Part shown: positions 8,889 to 17,549 of the stretch, piece after piece
How the letters are laid out: each line of letters opens with the position of its first letter
Position numbering within the stretch: position 1 is the first letter of the stretch
Source: Prochlorococcus marinus subsp. pastoris str. CCMP1986
Lineage (GTDB): Bacteria; Cyanobacteriota; Cyanobacteriia; PCC-6307; Cyanobiaceae
Assembly (NCBI RefSeq): GCF_000011465.1
Contig: NC_005072.1
Span: 900,001-932,000 of the forward strand
Direction of reading: 5' to 3'
DNA: 32,000 nt
The notes under the pieces: generated by a model
What the model saw: only the letters and a program-made list of their open reading frames with translations
Database searches by the model: none
Told to the model about the DNA's origin: nothing
Position numbers and translations under genes: made by a program

Positions 8889-9277
8889 TGCTTCAAATAG
8901 ACCAAGGCTTCTTGAAGAGTAGCTTTCAAATTAAGAAAGTCTGCTAATCTTACTAGTTTTATAGTTTGAGCAACTCTAGAATTTCCAACTACAGAAAACC
9001 TTAGTTTAAGTTTTTTGCATTCCTTGGAAGTTTGAACAAGGGCACCTAAACCGGATGAATCAAGGAAATCTATTTTACTTAAATCAATTACAAATGAAAG
9101 AACTTCTTTTTTAAGGGTATTGGTAATAAAAGTTTTAAATTGTTTTTCAGAAAATGCGTCTAATTGCCCTTTTAAAGTAAAAACAATTATATTTGCCTTT
9201 ATTTCAATGTTGCCTCTTAAAGAAACAGTTAACTTTTGGAAATCTTCTATGGTTAAATCCCTCCCAAAAAAATTAAT
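8885..9277 (-). CDS. STAS-domain protein (anti-sigma-factor antagonist, SpoIIAA/RsbV-like) with an unresolved non-canonical start
   Basis: I translated this manually and it is not in the ORF track. The frame is open from the stop-bounded codon at 9277 to TGA at 8885-8887. The product reads ...LTVSLRGNIEIKANIIVFTLKGQLDAFSEKQFKTFITNTLKKEVLSFVIDLSKIDFLDSSGLGALVQTSKECKKLKLRFSVVGNSRVAQTIKLVRLADFLNLKATLQEALVYLKH. The FLDSSGLG motif matches the phosphorylatable-serine motif of SpoIIAA. There is no in-frame ATG, GTG or TTG before the last 20 codons. Confidence 0.7.
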   Translation of the reverse strand: MNFFGRDLTIEDFQKLTVSLRGNIEIKANIIVFTLKGQLDAFSEKQFKTFITNTLKKEVLSFVIDLSKIDFLDSSGLGALVQTSKECKKLKLRFSVVGNSRVAQTIKLVRLADFLNLKATLQEALVYLKH

Positions 9278-9316
9278 TTACTAAATGTAATTATCAAATC
9301 AAAAAGAATCAATATG

Positions 9317-10459
9317 TCAACATCTTTCTAACATTAGAGAAACAAATTTTTCAAATAAATAATCTGAATCATGAGGCCCAGGACTTGCTTCTGGATGATA
9401 TTGAACACTAAATATAGGCTTATTTATAAGTTTCAATCCGGCAACAGTTTTATCATTAAGATTCAAGTGGGTTATTTCAACTAATTCAGTGGACAAAGAA
9501 TTTGGATCTATAGCAAAACCATGATTCTGACTTGTAATTTCAATATTATTATTATTCATGCCACAAGGATGATTTAATCCACGATGTCCAAAAGGTAATT
9601 TATAAGTTTTTCCGCCTAATGCCAAACCAAATATTTGATGACCGAGGCAGATCCCAAACATAGGAATTTTCCCATAATTAATTAGTAATTTAGCTAAATT
9701 AATTCCATCAAGTACAGATGAAGGATCCCCTGGACCATTTGAGAAAAATATTCCATCAGGATCATGACTTAAAACATCTTCAAAAGAAGAATTTGAAGGC
9801 AAAACCAAAATTTCACATCCATGTGAAGCTAATCTATTGAGAATTGATTTTTTAATACCAAAATCAATCGCAACAACTCTGAATTTATTTATATTTTTGT
9901 GGATTTTTTCTCTTACATCAAAATCAGTCATTGTAGTTGCTTTAAAAATATAATTTTTCTTTGTTGAAACATCTTTGGCCAAATTCAAACCTTGCATATT
10001 GGGAGTATTAGAAATAATTTCAAGACAACTATCTAAATCATTTTTTTCACTAGTGATAACTCCATTCATGGAACCATTCGATCTTAAAATTTTAACAAGA
10101 GCTCTTGTATCAATTCCATAAAGTCCAATAATATTTTTTTCAATTAGCCACTGATTAAAGTTTAATTTAGATCTCCAATTACTATTATTATTTGAAAAAT
10201 TACGCACAATAATACCTCTGACAGAATTATCTGATTCTGAATCTTCGAAATTAATTCCTGTATTTCCAATCTCAGGATAAGTAAATGTAATGATCTGGCC
10301 AAAATAACTTGGGTCAGAGATTACTTCCTGATAACCAGTCATACCAGTATTAAAAACAATTTCACCAACAGTTGAACCCATCGCACCAAATGAATAACCA
10401 GTAAAAGTAATCCCATTACTCAAAACAAGTTTTGCATTTTTCTTAAAAAGATGATTCAT
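9317..10459 (-). CDS. carA: Carbamoyl-phosphate synthase small (glutaminase) subunit
   Basis: The product is 380 aa. It has a CPSase small-chain N-domain and a class-I GATase with GICLGHQ and QYHPEASPGPHD. Confidence 0.95.
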   Translation of the reverse strand: MNHLFKKNAKLVLSNGITFTGYSFGAMGSTVGEIVFNTGMTGYQEVISDPSYFGQIITFTYPEIGNTGINFEDSESDNSVRGIIVRNFSNNNSNWRSKLNFNQWLIEKNIIGLYGIDTRALVKILRSNGSMNGVITSEKNDLDSCLEIISNTPNMQGLNLAKDVSTKKNYIFKATTMTDFDVREKIHKNINKFRVVAIDFGIKKSILNRLASHGCEILVLPSNSSFEDVLSHDPDGIFFSNGPGDPSSVLDGINLAKLLINYGKIPMFGICLGHQIFGLALGGKTYKLPFGHRGLNHPCGMNNNNIEITSQNHGFAIDPNSLSTELVEITHLNLNDKTVAGLKLINKPIFSVQYHPEASPGPHDSDYLFEKFVSLMLERC

Positions 10460-10471
10460 TAATTAAATTTA

Positions 10472-11503
10472 TTATGATTCAAGGTAGTTTTTCAAAAGTA
10501 AAAATTTATTCCAAGGCTCTGCTTTACTCATAGAGAACAAAGCTTTTTTAAATCCCTTTTCAATATCATCTTCAATTCCTGCAACCCAGAGTACTAATGC
10601 TGTATTTAAAGCGACTACATCCAAATGAGCCTTTTGACCTGAACCATTCAAAACAGATTTTAATATGTCTTCATAAGAGTCATCATTTGATACGATTAAA
10701 TCTTTATTTGAAGTGTTTTGATAATTAAAGTCAGAGACATTTATTTTTGAATGTTTAAGCTCACCTTTATCTACAAATATTATTTTATTATCTCCTTCTA
10801 ACGAAGCCTCATCTAGACCACCATAGCCATGAACAACGATTGCTCTATCCATTTCCATTCTGCTCAAAGCTGAAGCCATAGGATTAAGTAATTCATCAGA
10901 AGCAACCCCTAAAACTTGAGCATTAGGTCTTAAAGGATTTACTAATGGACCTAGTTGGTTAAAAACAGTTCTTATGCCAAGAGCCTTTCTCAAAGGAGCT
11001 AGTTTAATTAATGATTTATGCCAAACGGGAGCAAATAAGAAAGTTATCCCAATTTGATCTATTGAAGAAATAACCTTTTCTAAAGTGGAATTTAAATTAA
11101 TCCCAAGATTTAACAAAACATCTGCCGAGCCAACTTTTCCACTAGCACTTTTATTTCCGTGTTTTGCAATATTTACACCACATGATGATGCGACAAAAGC
11201 AACAGCAGTAGAAATATTAAAAGTATTAGCACCATCCCCCCCAGTTCCACAAGTATCAACCATAAACAAATTGGGTCGTTCGACAGGTAATTTACAAGCA
11301 TTTAAGAGTACATCTGCCATAGATGATAATTCAGTTCCTGTAGCTCCTTTAGCTCTCAATGCACTCAAAAAAGCACCTGTTTGAACCTCCAATATTTCAT
11401 CATTTAGCCATCTTTTCATCAAAGTATTTGATGTCTCAGCATCAAGATCTTGCCCATATAGTAACTGGTTTAGGATTTCAGAATTTGTTTTAATAATAGA
11501 CAT
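10472..11503 (-). CDS. trpD: Anthranilate phosphoribosyltransferase
   Basis: The product is 343 aa and contains [18 protein letters not shown] and [17 protein letters not shown]. Confidence 0.95.
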   Translation of the reverse strand: MSIIKTNSEILNQLLYGQDLDAETSNTLMKRWLNDEILEVQTGAFLSALRAKGATGTELSSMADVLLNACKLPVERPNLFMVDTCGTGGDGANTFNISTAVAFVASSCGVNIAKHGNKSASGKVGSADVLLNLGINLNSTLEKVISSIDQIGITFLFAPVWHKSLIKLAPLRKALGIRTVFNQLGPLVNPLRPNAQVLGVASDELLNPMASALSRMEMDRAIVVHGYGGLDEASLEGDNKIIFVDKGELKHSKINVSDFNYQNTSNKDLIVSNDDSYEDILKSVLNGSGQKAHLDVVALNTALVLWVAGIEDDIEKGFKKALFSMSKAEPWNKFLLLKNYLES

Positions 11504-11532
11504 TTATCTTTAGTGGATTTAAAGTTAGTAGC

Positions 11533-11829
11533 TCAATTAGAAGTATCAAAACCGGAACCAACTAAATCTTTATTCGTATTTGAAGGTCTAAAATTATTTG
11601 ACCATAATTTCTTAGTCTTTTCAAAAAGATTGTCCTTTGTTATTTTCCAAAATTTTAGTGTTTTTTCAATATCCTCTTTGATCTCAATTTCACCAGGAAA
11701 ATCATCATATCTATTAATTAATCTAGCTAAATTAATCAAGTCAAAATCTTCAGGCATATCTTTTGATATAAGAGAGTCTATAATTTTTTTATCAGTTGCA
11801 TGGAGAGGATGAGTTTGTTCATTGCTCAT
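11533..11829 (-). CDS. Conserved cyanobacterial small protein, DUF3288-like
   Basis: The product is 98 aa. HPLHATDKKIIDSL...LINLARLINRYDDFPGEIEIKEDIEKTLKFW resembles DUF3288 as I remember it. I preferred this frame over the overlapping +-strand ORF at 11513-11812, which is low-complexity. Confidence 0.65.
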   Translation of the reverse strand: MSNEQTHPLHATDKKIIDSLISKDMPEDFDLINLARLINRYDDFPGEIEIKEDIEKTLKFWKITKDNLFEKTKKLWSNNFRPSNTNKDLVGSGFDTSN

Positions 11830-11908
11830 AATAAAAAAGAAATCATTTATAAAACTAGCTCACATATTCGAAAATGAAACATTATCTTAATCATATGGGA
11901 ATTTTTAA

Positions 11909-13654
11909 ATGAAGAATCTTAAATTAAAAGTCATATTTAAGTATTTAAAACCTTACAAAAAAGAATTTTTATATGGTGGGATAGCTCTCCTAGTAGTGAA
12001 TATTTTGAGCATTCTGATACCTTTAGAAGTTAAAAACATAATTGATCAACTCAAAGATGGATTTTCCTCTAGTTTCGTTATATCAAAATCATTATTTCTC
12101 ATGTTTCTAGCAACATGCATGGGTCTTATAAGATTATTTTCAAGGCAAATTGTATTTGGTATAGGAAGAAAAGTTGAAGTAAATCTTCGTCAAAAATTAT
12201 TTGACCATTTACTAATTCAAGACCCTGATTGGATACAAAAAAAAGGTAGTGGAGATATTATCAGTAGAGCTACTAGTGATGTAGAAAACATTAGAAGACT
12301 CTTAGGTTTCACAGTTTTAAGTTTATGTAATATCGTTCTAGCTTATTCTCTAACAATTCCTTCAATGTTATCGATTAATAAAACATTGACAGTAGCTGCA
12401 TTAATGATATTTCCAATGATATTAGTAATAGTTAGTTTGTTTGGAGGAAGAATGGTAAGTCAAAGAAAAATTCAACAAGAATCACTTTCCAAACTAAGTG
12501 ATTTGATACAAGAAGATTTATCAGGGATAAGCGCTATAAAAATTTATGCACAAGAGGAAGCTGAAAAGAAACAATTTAATAATTACAATAAGGTTTATCG
12601 CAATTCAGCTATAAAGCTCGCAAGAACAGCAAGTACATTATTCCCACTATTGCAAGGTATTTCTTCAATTTCATTATTGATACTTTTAGGTCTAGGGACC
12701 TCTCAACTAGAAAACGGATTTATCACAATTGGTGGACTAGTTGCATTGATATTATTTGTTGAAAGACTTGTATTTCCAACAGCTCTATTAGGATTTACAT
12801 TAAATACTTTTCAATTAGGACAAGTAAGTCTAGATAGAGTTGAAGAGATATTTCAGAACAATCCAAAAATTACTGATAAACCAAAAGCTAAATTCATAAA
12901 GAAAAAAGTTAAAGGTACAATTGAGGCAAAGAATTTAAAAATAAAATACGAGGGTGCAAAATTTAACTCCTTAAATAGATTAAATTTCAAAATTAATCCT
13001 GGAGAACTTATTGCGATAGTTGGTCCAGTAGGCTGTGGAAAAACAACATTAGCTAAATCATTAGGTAGAACTATTGAAATACCCGATGGACAATTATTTT
13101 TAGATGATATTGATATTACGAATATTAAATTAAGAGATTTAAGAAAACACATTGCTATAGTTCCTCAAGAAGCATTCTTATTTACATCTACAATTTCTGA
13201 AAATTTAAAATTTGGAGATCCAAAAGCTTCAAGAAATGTAGTAAAAAATAGTGCAGTAAACGCAGGATTGATAGATGATATTAATAGTTTTCCAGATGGT
13301 TTTAAAACAATTGTAGGTGAAAGAGGTATTACACTGAGTGGTGGTCAACGCCAAAGAACAGCATTAGGAAGAGCACTTTTAGTTGATGCTTCTGTAGTGG
13401 TACTTGATGATGCGTTGGCGAGTGTAGATAATAAAACTGCCGCGAAAATTATCGAGGAAATGAGAGCAAACAAAAGTAAAACCATATTGATGATTAGTCA
13501 TCAATTATCTGTGGCAGCAACATGTGATAGGGTACTAGTAATGGACCAAGGTAAAATTGTGCAAGAAGGGATCCATAAAGATTTGATTACAACAAATGGA
13601 CTATATAAAAATCTTTGGGAGAGAGAAATAGCTACCAATAAAATAGTTAGTTGA
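11909..13654 (+). CDS. ABC exporter, fused permease/ATPase (MsbA/multidrug type)
   Basis: The product is 581 aa with an N-terminal 6-TM domain. It has Walker A (GPVGCGKTT), the signature LSGGQRQR and Walker B (VVVLDDALASVD). Confidence 0.9.
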   Translation: MKNLKLKVIFKYLKPYKKEFLYGGIALLVVNILSILIPLEVKNIIDQLKDGFSSSFVISKSLFLMFLATCMGLIRLFSRQIVFGIGRKVEVNLRQKLFDHLLIQDPDWIQKKGSGDIISRATSDVENIRRLLGFTVLSLCNIVLAYSLTIPSMLSINKTLTVAALMIFPMILVIVSLFGGRMVSQRKIQQESLSKLSDLIQEDLSGISAIKIYAQEEAEKKQFNNYNKVYRNSAIKLARTASTLFPLLQGISSISLLILLGLGTSQLENGFITIGGLVALILFVERLVFPTALLGFTLNTFQLGQVSLDRVEEIFQNNPKITDKPKAKFIKKKVKGTIEAKNLKIKYEGAKFNSLNRLNFKINPGELIAIVGPVGCGKTTLAKSLGRTIEIPDGQLFLDDIDITNIKLRDLRKHIAIVPQEAFLFTSTISENLKFGDPKASRNVVKNSAVNAGLIDDINSFPDGFKTIVGERGITLSGGQRQRTALGRALLVDASVVVLDDALASVDNKTAAKIIEEMRANKSKTILMISHQLSVAATCDRVLVMDQGKIVQEGIHKDLITTNGLYKNLWEREIATNKIVS

Positions 13655-13685
13655 AAAAGAGTATTAATTAAATGCATACCTAAAG

Positions 13686-14414
13686 ATGTTTGAATTTCTT
13701 AAAAAACTTATGACAAATAATGAATCAGTTTCAGCAAAGGAAACAAATTTCCTCCACAGAATATTAAATACTGATATAAAACAGGAACCAAAATCTCAAG
13801 AGGATGAAATAATATTTGGTTGTGGATGTTTTTGGGGTGCAGAAAAATGTTTTTGGAAACTTCCAGGAGTTATTACAACTTCCGTTGGTTATGCCGGTGG
13901 AGAAAAGAATAACCCTACTTACTATGAAGTCTGCTCTGGTATTACAGGTCATGCAGAAGTCGTTAGGGTTGTTTGGAATGTTAATGAAATAGATATTAGT
14001 GATTTATTAAAAATGTTCTGGGAATGTCATAATCCAACTCAAAAAAATAGGCAAGGTAATGATATGGGAACACAATATAGATCAACAATTTACTATAAGA
14101 ACGACATTAATAAAGACAAAATTTACTCAAGTAAAGAAGCTTTCCAAAAAGAACTTTATAAAAACAATTTAGGAATCATAGAAACAGAGATTAAAAAAAT
14201 TGACACTTATTATTACGCTGAAGAATATCATCAGCAGTATTTAGCAGTAGAAGGTAGTAGACAATATTGTTCTGCATCTCCTACAAAAGTAAAGTTAGGA
14301 AGTTTCAATAACTGTAATTACAAACTTCCAACAAAAACATGGGATAATTTTAATTGGGACATCGATAAATGTGTATTGAGATCTAACAATAATCCTATAG
14401 ATATTAACAATTAA
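13686..14414 (+). CDS. msrA: Peptide-methionine (S)-S-oxide reductase
   Basis: The product is 242 aa. It has the active-site motif GCGCFWGAEKCF plus GHAEVVRV and EYHQQYL. Confidence 0.93.
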   Translation: MFEFLKKLMTNNESVSAKETNFLHRILNTDIKQEPKSQEDEIIFGCGCFWGAEKCFWKLPGVITTSVGYAGGEKNNPTYYEVCSGITGHAEVVRVVWNVNEIDISDLLKMFWECHNPTQKNRQGNDMGTQYRSTIYYKNDINKDKIYSSKEAFQKELYKNNLGIIETEIKKIDTYYYAEEYHQQYLAVEGSRQYCSASPTKVKLGSFNNCNYKLPTKTWDNFNWDIDKCVLRSNNNPIDINN

Positions 14415-14441
14415 AAGCCTTTTATATTTATAGTAAAAATA

Positions 14442-14515
14442 CGGGGCGTAGCGCAGCTTGGTAGCGCACCACTTTGGGGTAGTGGGGGTCGTGGGTTCAA
14501 ATCCCGCCGTTCCGA
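14442..14515 (+). tRNA. tRNA-Pro (anticodon GGG), no encoded CCA
   Basis: I folded the 74-nt cloverleaf by hand. The acceptor stem is CGGGGCG/CGTTCCG with two G-U pairs. The D stem is GCGC/GCGC. The anticodon stem is CCACT/AGTGG with loop TTGGGGT, giving anticodon GGG and G37. The T arm is GTGGG-TTCAAAT-CCCGC, and the discriminator is A. Confidence 0.9.
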
Positions 14516-14674
14516 TTAAGATTCAGTATCGTCTTTGTTTATTAGTGATTTGTACAACTTATAAGAACTTATTCCAACAGCCATAAAAGTAAATGAAGAA
14601 AAAATTGTACATATAATGATTGTAAGATTTGAAACTTCAACCTCTCCTAGTTGATATGATAAAAAAAAAATCAT
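14516..14674 (-). CDS. Candidate 52-aa single-TM mini-protein, below the ORF-track cutoff
   Basis: I translated this manually as MIFFLSYQLGEVEVSNLTIIICTIFSSFTFMAVGISSYKLYKSLINKDDTES. It has one hydrophobic helix. Its stop codon abuts the tRNA-Pro 3' end on the opposite strand. Confidence 0.3.
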   Translation of the reverse strand: MIFFLSYQLGEVEVSNLTIIICTIFSSFTFMAVGISSYKLYKSLINKDDTES

Positions 14675-14735
14675 CCGTAAAATATTATTTAAAAAACACT
14701 AACATAGAAATGTTGATTTGATTTAATTTAAATTC

Positions 14736-15536
14736 CTATAAATTGAAAAGAATCAAGATTCCGAATATTAAACGATAATAAACAAATATTTTGAGTCCAT
14801 GAGAGGAAACATACTTTATTAAAAAATTGATGGCTAATAGAGAAGAGAAGAAAGCTGTAATTAATCCAGCAAAAAGAGGAAGGAATGGAAATGTTGAAAA
14901 TTGATTTACTGCACTAAAAAACTCAACAAAAGCTGCTAACGAGATTGAAGGAATACCAAGAAGGAATGAAAATTTAGCTGCATCTTTTCTATTCCATCCA
15001 GATAAAAGAGCCATAGAAATAGTGGCTCCTGAACGAGATACTCCAGGAACAATTGCAAAGGCTTGAGCAATTCCTATATATAAGTTGTTTGGATATTTAT
15101 GATTGTTTAAATTAATTGATTTCTTAGTAGAAATATCTGCAAAAAGCATTATTAAAGACATTAATATAGACACTAAAGCTATTGAAAGATTTGAACGTAA
15201 AAATGAATCAGAGAATCCTGGAACAAATAGCTTTATAATTACACCAATAAAAACAATTGGAATTGTACCTATAAAGATAGATTTATTTAATTTATTAAAC
15301 AAAAATGAATAACTTGGTTTTCTAGAGTTTGTATTTTTGTAATTAGAAATACTTTTCCTAAAATACCAAAATATTGCAAAAACACTTCCAATTTGTATAA
15401 TTGCAGAAACTGAGGAACCAGGATCATCCATTCCAAATAATAGAGATATGATTTTTAAATGAGCAGTACTACTTATAGGAATAAACTCTGTTAAACCTTG
15501 AATTATTCCATAAAAAATATACTTAAAAAATTCCAA
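14736..15536 (-). CDS. uppP: Undecaprenyl-diphosphate phosphatase
   Basis: The product is a 266-aa polytopic membrane protein. It has EFIPISSTAHL and VPGVSRSGATI, the BacA/UppP motifs. Confidence 0.92.
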   Translation of the reverse strand: MEFFKYIFYGIIQGLTEFIPISSTAHLKIISLLFGMDDPGSSVSAIIQIGSVFAIFWYFRKSISNYKNTNSRKPSYSFLFNKLNKSIFIGTIPIVFIGVIIKLFVPGFSDSFLRSNLSIALVSILMSLIMLFADISTKKSINLNNHKYPNNLYIGIAQAFAIVPGVSRSGATISMALLSGWNRKDAAKFSFLLGIPSISLAAFVEFFSAVNQFSTFPFLPLFAGLITAFFSSLLAINFLIKYVSSHGLKIFVYYRLIFGILILFNL

Positions 15537-15625
15537 TAGTTTATATTCAAAATATTTCCAATAATAATATCAATTAAAAATAATACAATTTACATTATCA
15601 GAAGAAAAGCTAAGGTATTAATATT

Positions 15626-15904
15626 ATGAAAAAATTTGTTTTTAAAATATTAGTCTTCGTAAGTCTTTTTATTTTTCCTGATTATGTAAAAGCAAATTAT
15701 TGGCTAGTGATTGGAACTTACAGACAAGGACCAGGAGGCAGACCTGAGGTAAGTGGAATAACAAGCCCATCTTTGCATACTATTCCAATGAAAGATATGG
15801 AAACATGTGAAAAAGCTGGGAATAAAATTTCTAAAGAAATTTATATTCCTGTCTGGCAATTTGATAATAAATGGACTTGTATATATAGCGGAAACATTAA
15901 ATAA
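15626..15904 (+). CDS. Small secreted hypothetical protein
   Basis: The product is 92 aa. It has a signal peptide (MKKFVFKILVFVSLFIFPDYVKA) and a two-Cys mature region. I do not recognise a family. Confidence 0.6.
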   Translation: MKKFVFKILVFVSLFIFPDYVKANYWLVIGTYRQGPGGRPEVSGITSPSLHTIPMKDMETCEKAGNKISKEIYIPVWQFDNKWTCIYSGNIK

Positions 15905-15906
15905 AA

Positions 15907-16041
15907 TTATCTTTTCACATCGTGAGCACAACCGTCACCTTTATAATTTTCACTTTCGTAAAAATCATTTTTTGTCCCAAAATAGGCTGTTAGTAATACG
16001 AAAGGCATACTAATTATAAAAAGTACTACAGTAAGATCCAT
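15907..16041 (-). CDS. Candidate 44-aa single-TM mini-protein, below the ORF-track cutoff
   Basis: I translated this manually as MDLTVVLFIISMPFVLLTAYFGTKNDFYESENYKGDGCAHDVKR. It has an N-terminal TM helix and a charged tail. Confidence 0.4.
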   Translation of the reverse strand: MDLTVVLFIISMPFVLLTAYFGTKNDFYESENYKGDGCAHDVKR

Positions 16042-16070
16042 CTTAAATAGGTATATTTAATATTTTTATA

Positions 16071-16196
16071 TTAATAATCTGTAGGTCCTTTCAATCCCAG
16101 ATAAAAAAATGCTCCAAGACCTATCAAAACAAGAACACCGGCAATAGCGGCTGAAGGTACAAATCCTCCTATGGCAAAAGAAGCAAATTGGATCAT
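16071..16196 (-). CDS. Candidate 41-aa single-TM mini-protein, below the ORF-track cutoff
   Basis: I translated this manually as MIQFASFAIGGFVPSAAIAGVLVLIGLGAFFYLGLKGPTDY. The helix is Gly/Ala-rich and its LGxFFY segment is loosely PsbJ-like. The context is not psbEFLJ, so I do not name it. Confidence 0.4.
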   Translation of the reverse strand: MIQFASFAIGGFVPSAAIAGVLVLIGLGAFFYLGLKGPTDY

Positions 16197-16286
16197 TATA
16201 AAAATCAAATTTATATCAATTATATCAATAAAAATAACCTAGATCGCTAAAAATTCTGACTCGAAGACAATTAAAAATCAATAAAG

Positions 16287-16514
16287 TTAGGCAACTAGAG
16301 TTGCATCTTCATTTTCAGAAGAAATTCTTATCCTTTCTTCTAGTTTAGGACCATATAATTCATTACCCCAAATTTCAACTCTAGAATCGTTAGGAGCCGT
16401 AAAAGATAAAATATCCGTCGGAAATAGCACTCTTTCTAAAAAAAAGTTAGAAGGACCTATACATCTCAAAACGACCATTCTGGAGCCTTCATTTTTATAA
16501 GAAAACTCAACCAT
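16287..16514 (-). CDS. Conserved cyanobacterial small protein, DUF1830-like
   Basis: The product is 75 aa. YKNEGSRMVVLRCIGPSNFFLERVLFPTDILSFTAPNDSRVEIW resembles the DUF1830 pattern as I remember it. Confidence 0.7.
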   Translation of the reverse strand: MVEFSYKNEGSRMVVLRCIGPSNFFLERVLFPTDILSFTAPNDSRVEIWGNELYGPKLEERIRISSENEDATLVA

Positions 16515-16592
16515 ATAAAGAAATTTTAATTGACTCTAATTAAACACTAAATAAAATGATTTAAAATGTATAAAAAGCAACTAAATAAAAAA

Positions 16593-17549
16593 TTATTTAG
16601 AAATTTGTTGATTTAATCCTACCCTAACTAACTTTCTTTCTTGATTTATCATCAATAAAACATCCGAGTTGATATCGTCAAAACTTTTATGTGGTATTGA
16701 AACATTTAACATTCGAAGAAAATTACTCAAATTATCACCTTTAAGAGAACTTCCACTTTTAAAGTGCATACTTTTTTCTTGATTAGATTTCCATTCGTTC
16801 AAATATTCAAATTTCAAAGGTTTTAAATGCCAAATTTGATCAATCATATTCCAAATGTCTAAATATTGATCTAAATTATTTTGTATTTTATTTCTGTAAG
16901 AAGATTCAAAAACACTTAATGGAGGTGAAAATTTTTCAGAATTATCCAAATCTATAGATAAAGGTTTTACACCTAAAAACCATCCTTCAATTATCAGCAA
17001 ATCAGGAGATTCTTCCCTCCAATGAGCTCTATCACCAAGACCTTTTCTTAATGATTTATCAAAAACAGGTACATTTAATTGCCCATCAGTTTTCCATTTA
17101 AGTAATTTCTCTTTCATTAAATCAATCGAGTGACTGCCAGGAAAACCTCGGGATACATTCCATGGATTATTTTTAATAGCAAATTCCATTTCTTCAGAAG
17201 GTAGATAAAAATCATCAATAGAAATAACAGATAACTTAAATTTTAATTTTAAAGATATACTTTCCAACCATTTACCTAAAGTAGTTTTCCCTGTACCAGG
17301 TAAAGCGGATATTCCAATAATTTTTCTATCGGGAGATTTTTTATTCAATTTATATGCTTGAGATAAAAGGGGTAAAGCCAATCCCCAAATCCAATCATCT
17401 TTTACATTATCATCCCAAAAATTATTAATTGAAAGCATCTCTTTCTTAAGATTCCAAAAAATAAACCATTCATCCAAAGAACTCCAGCCAATTTGAGAAA
17501 TTAATTCTTCAAAATCATCCAATGGAAATTCAATATTTAAATCATTCAT
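16593..17549 (-). CDS. P-loop kinase of the plant-type D-glycerate 3-kinase (GLYK) family
   Basis: The product is 318 aa. It has the P-loop GISALPGTGKTTLG, then SIDDFYL, RGFPGSHSIDL, VPVFDKSLRKGLGDRAHW and LLIIEGWFLG. These match GLYK hallmarks as I remember them. The ATGA overlap with gpgP at 17546-17549 indicates translational coupling. Confidence 0.65.
   Translation of the reverse strand: MNDLNIEFPLDDFEELISQIGWSSLDEWFIFWNLKKEMLSINNFWDDNVKDDWIWGLALPLLSQAYKLNKKSPDRKIIGISALPGTGKTTLGKWLESISLKLKFKLSVISIDDFYLPSEEMEFAIKNNPWNVSRGFPGSHSIDLMKEKLLKWKTDGQLNVPVFDKSLRKGLGDRAHWREESPDLLIIEGWFLGVKPLSIDLDNSEKFSPPLSVFESSYRNKIQNNLDQYLDIWNMIDQIWHLKPLKFEYLNEWKSNQEKSMHFKSGSSLKGDNLSNFLRMLNVSIPHKSFDDINSDVLLMINQERKLVRVGLNQQISK

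Noticed and set aside
11085-11812. Track ORFs 11085-11384(+) and 11513-11812(+)
   Set aside because: The first is antisense to trpD. The second is antisense to the DUF3288-like gene, which has the more protein-like and conserved-looking sequence.
12853-13952. Track ORFs 12853-13152(-) and 13764-13952(-)
   Set aside because: They are antisense to the ABC transporter nucleotide-binding domain and to the msrA active-site region, respectively.
14442-14735. tRNA-Pro as an integration hotspot with an adjacent genomic island
   Set aside because: There is no integrase, no direct repeat of the tRNA 3' end and no compositional shift. The flanking genes (msrA, uppP) are housekeeping genes.
15103-16013. 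Track ORFs 15103-15312(+), 15704-15931(-) and 15807-16013(+)
   Set aside because: The first is antisense to uppP. The second is antisense to the 92-aa secreted protein. The third overlaps both the 92-aa gene end and the better 44-aa TM mini-ORF.
16211-16228. Tandem 9-bp direct repeat ttatatcaa x2 upstream of the 41-aa mini-ORF
   Set aside because: It is too short and AT-rich to separate from chance. It might contribute TTGATA-like -35 elements on the minus strand, but I cannot support that.
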